Positions 60,009-64,000 of a stretch of 64,000 nucleotides of DNA are shown here, piece by piece. The notes beneath the pieces are model-generated. The model had not been told where the DNA came from and did no database searches. It worked only from the letters and a program-made list of their open reading frames with translations. This DNA comes from Burkholderiales bacterium. GTDB taxonomy: Bacteria; Pseudomonadota; Gammaproteobacteria; Burkholderiales; SG8-39. A program made the translations under genes and the position numbers. The stretch is from positions 1,146 through 65,145 of the forward strand of contig JBFWRS010000017.1 of assembly GCA_050248795.1 (NCBI GenBank), given 5' to 3'. Position 1 is the stretch's first letter. Each line of letters opens with the position of its first letter.

Positions 60009-61349
60009 ATGAACGATCGCGCACAATCCGAAGTGATGGACGGCACGCTGGAAAACTCCGCGTTCTTCATGCCGTTCTCGATGAACCGGCAGTTCAAGAA
60101 GTCGCCGCGCCTGCTGTCGCGCGCGGAAGGGATCTACTACTTCACGCCGGAGGGCCGCAAGATCATCGACGGCACCTCCGGACTGTGGTGCGTGAACGCG
60201 GGCCACTGCCGCAAGAAGATCGTCGACGCGGTGGCGAAGGGCGTGTCGACGCTGGACTTCTCGCCGCCGTTCCAGTCGGGCCACCCGATGGCGTTCGAGT
60301 TCGCCGACCGGATCCGCGAGCTGCTGCCCGAGGGCATGACGCGGGTGTTCTTCACCAATTCCGGCTCCGAATCGGTGGACACGGCGCTCAAGTTCGCCAT
60401 CGCCTACCACCGCATGCGCGGCGAAGGGCACCGCATCAGGCTGATCGGCCGAGAGAAGGGCTATCACGGCGTCAACTTCGGCGGCACCGCGGTGGGCGGG
60501 ATCGTCTCGAACCGCAAGATCTTCGGCGCGCTGGTGACCGGCGTGGACCATATGCGCCACACGCACGATCCTGAGCGCAACGCGTTCTCGCGCGGCATGC
60601 CGCAGCACGGCGTCGAGCTTGCCGACGACCTCGAGCGCCTGTGCCAGCTGCACGACCCGTCCACGATCGCCGCGGTGATCGTCGAGCCGGTGTCCTGCTC
60701 CGCGGGCGTGTACATCCCGCCGGTGGGGTACCTGAAGCGCCTGCGCGAGATCTGCGACCGCCACGGCATCCTGCTCATATTCGACGAGGTGATCGTCGCG
60801 TGGGGGCGCCTGGGCAAGCCGTTCGGCGCGCAGTTCTTCGACGTCACGCCCGACCTGATGACCACCGCCAAGGGCATCACCAACGCGACCATACCGATGG
60901 GCGCGGTGATGATGAAGGAGAAGATCTACGAGGCCTTCATGAGCGGGCCGGAGAACGCCATAGACATGCCGCACGGGTACACCTACTCGGCGCATCCGGT
61001 GGCCTGTGCAGCGGGACTGGCGACGCTGGAGGTCTACAAGGAAGAGGGCCTGCTGACGCGTGTCGGCGAGATCGCGCAGTACTGGGAAGACAAGGCGCAC
61101 GCGCTGAAGGGCCTGCCGAACGTGATCGACATCCGCAACATCGGGCTGATCGCGGCGATCGACCTGGCGCCGCGGCCGGGCGCGCCGGGCGCGCGCGCCT
61201 TCGAGGCGCACCTGAAGGCGTTCGAGAAGGGCGCCTACGTGCGCGTGGCGGGAGACGTGATCGCGCTGGCGCCGCCGCTGATCATCCAGAAATCCGAGAT
61301 CGACCCGCTGTTCTCGATCGTCGCCGACGTGCTGAAGTCGCTCGACTGA
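60009..61349 (+). CDS. class-III (omega) aminotransferase, beta-alanine/omega-amino acid:pyruvate type
   Basis: The motifs SGLWCVNAGH, FTNSGSESVDTALK, DEVIVAWGRLG and TTAKGITNA (PLP lysine) are present. Confidence 0.8.
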   Translation: MNDRAQSEVMDGTLENSAFFMPFSMNRQFKKSPRLLSRAEGIYYFTPEGRKIIDGTSGLWCVNAGHCRKKIVDAVAKGVSTLDFSPPFQSGHPMAFEFADRIRELLPEGMTRVFFTNSGSESVDTALKFAIAYHRMRGEGHRIRLIGREKGYHGVNFGGTAVGGIVSNRKIFGALVTGVDHMRHTHDPERNAFSRGMPQHGVELADDLERLCQLHDPSTIAAVIVEPVSCSAGVYIPPVGYLKRLREICDRHGILLIFDEVIVAWGRLGKPFGAQFFDVTPDLMTTAKGITNATIPMGAVMMKEKIYEAFMSGPENAIDMPHGYTYSAHPVACAAGLATLEVYKEEGLLTRVGEIAQYWEDKAHALKGLPNVIDIRNIGLIAAIDLAPRPGAPGARAFEAHLKAFEKGAYVRVAGDVIALAPPLIIQKSEIDPLFSIVADVLKSLD

Positions 61350-61356
61350 GCGACCG

Positions 61357-61383
61357 GCGGCGCCTTCCCCGGGAAGGCGCCGC
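61357..61383. terminator. bidirectional hairpin between the convergent aminotransferase and speD-speE genes
   Basis: GCGGCGCCTTCC...GGAAGGCGCCGC is a stem of about 12 bp, centred on 61370 in the 43-nt convergent gap. Confidence 0.5.
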
Positions 61384-61392
61384 GGCCGGGAA

Positions 61393-62652
61393 CTACTTCG
61401 CCGCCGCGCGCACCACGCCCAGGCGGCGGCTGCGCGGCTGCTGCTTCAGCCGCGGCGGATTGACCAGGTCGCGCACGTAGTTCGGCAGCGCAAACACGCC
61501 CTCGTGCGTTTCGCCGTTGTAGAACTGCAGCGCCTGCAGGCGCCGCGCCTCGATCCGGCGGTCGATCTCGTCGGCGGTGAAGGACTTGGGATCAAGCTTG
61601 TCGGAGCACACCGCCATCGCCCACTGCGCGCCATACAGCGGGATGTACATGGTGTACGGGCGCACGATGCGGAAGATCGCGTTCAGCCGCTGCGCGAGTT
61701 CGCCCACGCGCTCGGGACGCGCCACCGGCGCGCCGATGTGCAGCACGAGCGCGCCTCCGGGCGCGAGCGCGTGCCGGCAGGTCTGGAAGAACTCGGTCGA
61801 GTACAGCGCCTCGGCCGGGCCCATGGGGTCGTTCAGGTCCAGCGCGATGAGGTCGAACTTCTCGTTCGTGTCGCGGATGAACTTCATGCCGTCGCCGATG
61901 AGCACGCGCAGCTTCGGGTTGTCGAAGACGCCGTTGTGCACCGCGTGGAAATGTTCCTTCGCGACCTGGATCACGTCTTCGTCGATCTCGCACAGCGTCA
62001 CCTGCTCGACCGACGGGTGCTTCAGCGCCTCTTCCGCCGAGCCGCCGTCGCCGCCGCCGATGATCAGCACTTTCCTCGGCGCGGCATGCGCCGTCAGCGC
62101 CGGGTGGATCAGGTTCTCGTGGTAGACGAACTCCTCCTTCTCGGAGGTCATGTTGTACCCGTCGAGCCTGAACAGCTTGCCGTAGTGCGGCGTGTCGTAG
62201 ATCTGCATCTTCTGGTAGCGCGTCTGCCACTCGCCCACCATGCGGTCTGCCATGATGTAGAAGCCGGTGGAGTCGTTCAGCGGTTCCATCAGCAGGTGCC
62301 CGCCACGCGACACTTCATGGCGCGCGATCTCGGCCGGCTGGAAGTGCGCGATGATCGAGTCGAACAGCTGGCGCGCCTTCGCCGAGTTGTCGCCGCTGTA
62401 GTTGCAGACGTAGACATCCAGCGTCAGGCCCTGCTTCTCCGGCCAGGTGTGGATCGCCAGGTGGGATTCGGCAAGCACCACCGTGCCGGTGTAGCCCGAG
62501 CCCTCGAACTGGTGGAAGCTCACGTCCATGATCGTCAGGCCGGATGCATTGACCAGTTCGACGCACTTTGCCTCGAACGCCTTGCCGTCCAGCAGCACCT
62601 GCGGGTCGCAACGGCACCCGCCCAGATCGCCAATCAGATGCAGACCGTTCAT
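61393..62652 (-). CDS. fused S-adenosylmethionine decarboxylase proenzyme / spermidine synthase
   Basis: The N-terminal 110 aa or so match SpeD class 1 (HLIGDLGGC..., self-cleavage context VLAESHLAIHTWPE). The remainder matches SpeE (YHENLIHPAL, VLIIGGGDGGSAEE, DLIALDLNDP). A ggaggg RBS precedes the ATG at 62652. Confidence 0.85.
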   Translation of the reverse strand: MNGLHLIGDLGGCRCDPQVLLDGKAFEAKCVELVNASGLTIMDVSFHQFEGSGYTGTVVLAESHLAIHTWPEKQGLTLDVYVCNYSGDNSAKARQLFDSIIAHFQPAEIARHEVSRGGHLLMEPLNDSTGFYIMADRMVGEWQTRYQKMQIYDTPHYGKLFRLDGYNMTSEKEEFVYHENLIHPALTAHAAPRKVLIIGGGDGGSAEEALKHPSVEQVTLCEIDEDVIQVAKEHFHAVHNGVFDNPKLRVLIGDGMKFIRDTNEKFDLIALDLNDPMGPAEALYSTEFFQTCRHALAPGGALVLHIGAPVARPERVGELAQRLNAIFRIVRPYTMYIPLYGAQWAMAVCSDKLDPKSFTADEIDRRIEARRLQALQFYNGETHEGVFALPNYVRDLVNPPRLKQQPRSRRLGVVRAAAK

Positions 62653-62668
62653 GTCCGTGTCCCTCCAC

Positions 62669-62708
62669 AAACGAGAAAGCGCAGCCGGCCATGTGTTCCG
62701 GGCTGCGC
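62669..62708 (-). terminator. terminator-like hairpin plus T-run, about 16 nt upstream of the speD-speE start codon
   Basis: The minus strand reads GCGCAGCCCGG-aacacatgg-CCGGCTGCGC followed by TTTCTCGTTT, then GTGGAGGGACACGGAC-ATG. It lies in the 150-nt nudC to speDE spacer. Confidence 0.5.
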
Positions 62709-62802
62709 CTCTCCGTTACCGCCTCGCGGCGAAAAACCGAGTTGCTCGAGTTGGATCAATTCGTGCAATACCCCGCTTGGGCGATGTAGTCTGCCCGGTT
62801 AA

Positions 62803-63708
62803 TCAGATTGGGCGACGCAGATCCTCCGCTGTTTCCGAGACAACGGCATCGATCAAGCGTCGCGCGATCGAGATTTTGCTTGGAATTTTAGGTAATTGCA
62901 AGACATTGAACCATCTTGCATCCTCGATTTCCCCATCCTGCGGGTGGATATCCCCGGAGGCCCAGTCGCAGACGAACGCGATCATCACCGAATGCGGAAA
63001 CGGCCAGGGCTGGCTGGCGAAGTAGCGCAGCGCGCCCAGCCGGACGCCGACCTCCTCGAACACTTCCCGGCGCACGCATTGCTCCAGCGTTTCGCCCGGC
63101 TCGACGAAGCCGGCGAGCGCGCTGTACATGCCGGGCGGAAAGTGCGGGCTGCGCCCGAGCAGGATTTCGGGCCCGCGGCGCACCAGCGCCATCACCGCCG
63201 GCGCCAGCCGCGGATAGGCCGACAGCCTGCAGGCCGGGCAGATCCGCACGCGTTCCTCGGCCTTTGCGACCGTGGGTGTGCCGCAGCGACCGCAGTAGCG
63301 GTGCGAGCGGTCCCAGTCGATCAGTTGCAGGGCACGGCCTGCGAGCGAGAAATGCGCGTCGTCCAGCACCGAGAACAGCGTCCGCAGTCCCTCCCAGCTC
63401 ATCCCGCCAGGCGCAGGCGTTTCGGCTGGAACCTCCGCTGCCCAGCACGGCGTGCTGCCCAGCAGACCGAGATACAGCGTGCGCAGCGCGTCGGGCCAGC
63501 GGCCGTCGTGCTGCGCGAGCAGCGGCAGTTTCGCCCAGCTGGGCCGCGCCAGGACCCTGGGGTCGTCTCCGGGCTTCTGGCTGGGCGGTCCGATCTCGAC
63601 CAGGATGCGATCGCCGCGGAACACGAACCAGAAACCTTCACCGTCGGCGTCACCAACGACGCGGTGCTGGTAGTCCTGCGGTGACGAGAACGGCATCGGT
63701 TTCATCAT
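62803..63708 (-). CDS. nudC: NAD(+) diphosphatase (NADH pyrophosphatase)
   Basis: The zinc ribbon is CGRCGTPTVAKAEERVRICPACRLSAYPR, the Nudix box is GFVEPGETLEQCVRREVFEEVG, and SQPWPFPHS is present. Confidence 0.85.
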   Translation of the reverse strand: MMKPMPFSSPQDYQHRVVGDADGEGFWFVFRGDRILVEIGPPSQKPGDDPRVLARPSWAKLPLLAQHDGRWPDALRTLYLGLLGSTPCWAAEVPAETPAPGGMSWEGLRTLFSVLDDAHFSLAGRALQLIDWDRSHRYCGRCGTPTVAKAEERVRICPACRLSAYPRLAPAVMALVRRGPEILLGRSPHFPPGMYSALAGFVEPGETLEQCVRREVFEEVGVRLGALRYFASQPWPFPHSVMIAFVCDWASGDIHPQDGEIEDARWFNVLQLPKIPSKISIARRLIDAVVSETAEDLRRPI

Positions 63709-63738
63709 GGAGTGCGCAGTTTAAGCGACACCGTCCGC

Positions 63739-63744
63739 TATAAT
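63739..63744 (+). promoter_or_regulatory. candidate -10 hexamer upstream of tkt
   Basis: A perfect TATAAT lies 41 nt upstream of the tkt ATG in the nudC/tkt divergent spacer. No convincing -35 element is present. Confidence 0.3.
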
Positions 63745-63784
63745 CCGCGTTCCCCTCTTCACGAGTTCTCCCCGGCACTTTTCG

Positions 63785-64000
63785 ATGACAGCGCACGCAG
63801 CGGACCGCGAACTCGCCAACGCCATCCGCGCGCTGGCCATGGATGCCGTCCAGGCGGCGAACTCGGGGCATCCGGGCATGCCGATGGGCATGGCGGAGGC
63901 CGCGCTGGCGCTATGGGGGCGGCACCTCCGGCACAATCCGGCGAATCCGGCGTGGCCGAACCGCGACCGCTTCGTGCTGTCGAACGGCCACGGCTCGATG
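63785..64000 (+). CDS. tkt: transketolase, N-terminal fragment (continues beyond the window)
   Basis: [33 protein letters not shown]...[25 protein letters not shown] is the canonical Tkt N-terminus. Confidence 0.9.
   Translation, partial: MTAHAADRELANAIRALAMDAVQAANSGHPGMPMGMAEAALALWGRHLRHNPANPAWPNRDRFVLSNGHGSM

Noticed and set aside
58839-61211. A 790-aa minus-strand ORF antisense to the M20 hydrolase and aminotransferase.
   Set aside because: It is a shadow ORF crossing an intergenic gap, and the plus-strand genes have strong family motifs and RBSs.

Overview
High-GC proteobacterial chromosome, almost fully coding with many 4-nt start/stop overlaps. I call 66 genes, including two edge partials and one tRNA. 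The core blocks have a Pseudomonas-like gammaproteobacterial order. These are prs-rplY-pth-ychF, a Pho regulon locus (pstS-X-pstC-pstA-pstB divergent from phoU-phoB-phoR), yebC-ruvCAB-(rhomboid)-ybgC-tolQRAB-pal-cpoB-queC-yeeE-tRNA-Lys, and spoT-rpoZ-gmk-yicC // (Ser/Thr kinase-PP2C)-rph-rdgB-hemW. Catabolic clusters make up the rest: gabD/desaturase/acyl-CoA synthetase, an IlvD-type dehydratase with SDRs and an FAH hydrolase, an amidase with a small partner ORF, an M20 hydrolase with an aminotransferase, then a fused speD-speE, nudC and the start of tkt. The most unusual stretch lies between tRNA-Lys and spoT (about 33.3-44.1 kb). It holds a ScfR/PrpR-like XRE regulator with three 14-bp tandem operator repeats over a near-consensus promoter, a PanE-like reductase, an SRAP peptidase, and a tight operon. 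That operon encodes a DegT aminotransferase, an orphan GT41 (HMW1C/NGT- or SPINDLY-like) protein-glycosyltransferase candidate, a NeuD/PglD-type acetyltransferase, a frameshifted GT2 and a translationally coupled DegQ protease, with a convergent SAM methyltransferase. Other points of interest are an internally duplicated lipoprotein inside the pst operon, mirror-image Pho-box promoters, a YtkA-like/di-haem peroxidase pair, and a terminator-like hairpin just upstream of the speD-speE RBS. No CRISPR array, transposase or integrase was seen. All functional calls come from motif recognition by eye and need HMM or BLAST confirmation.
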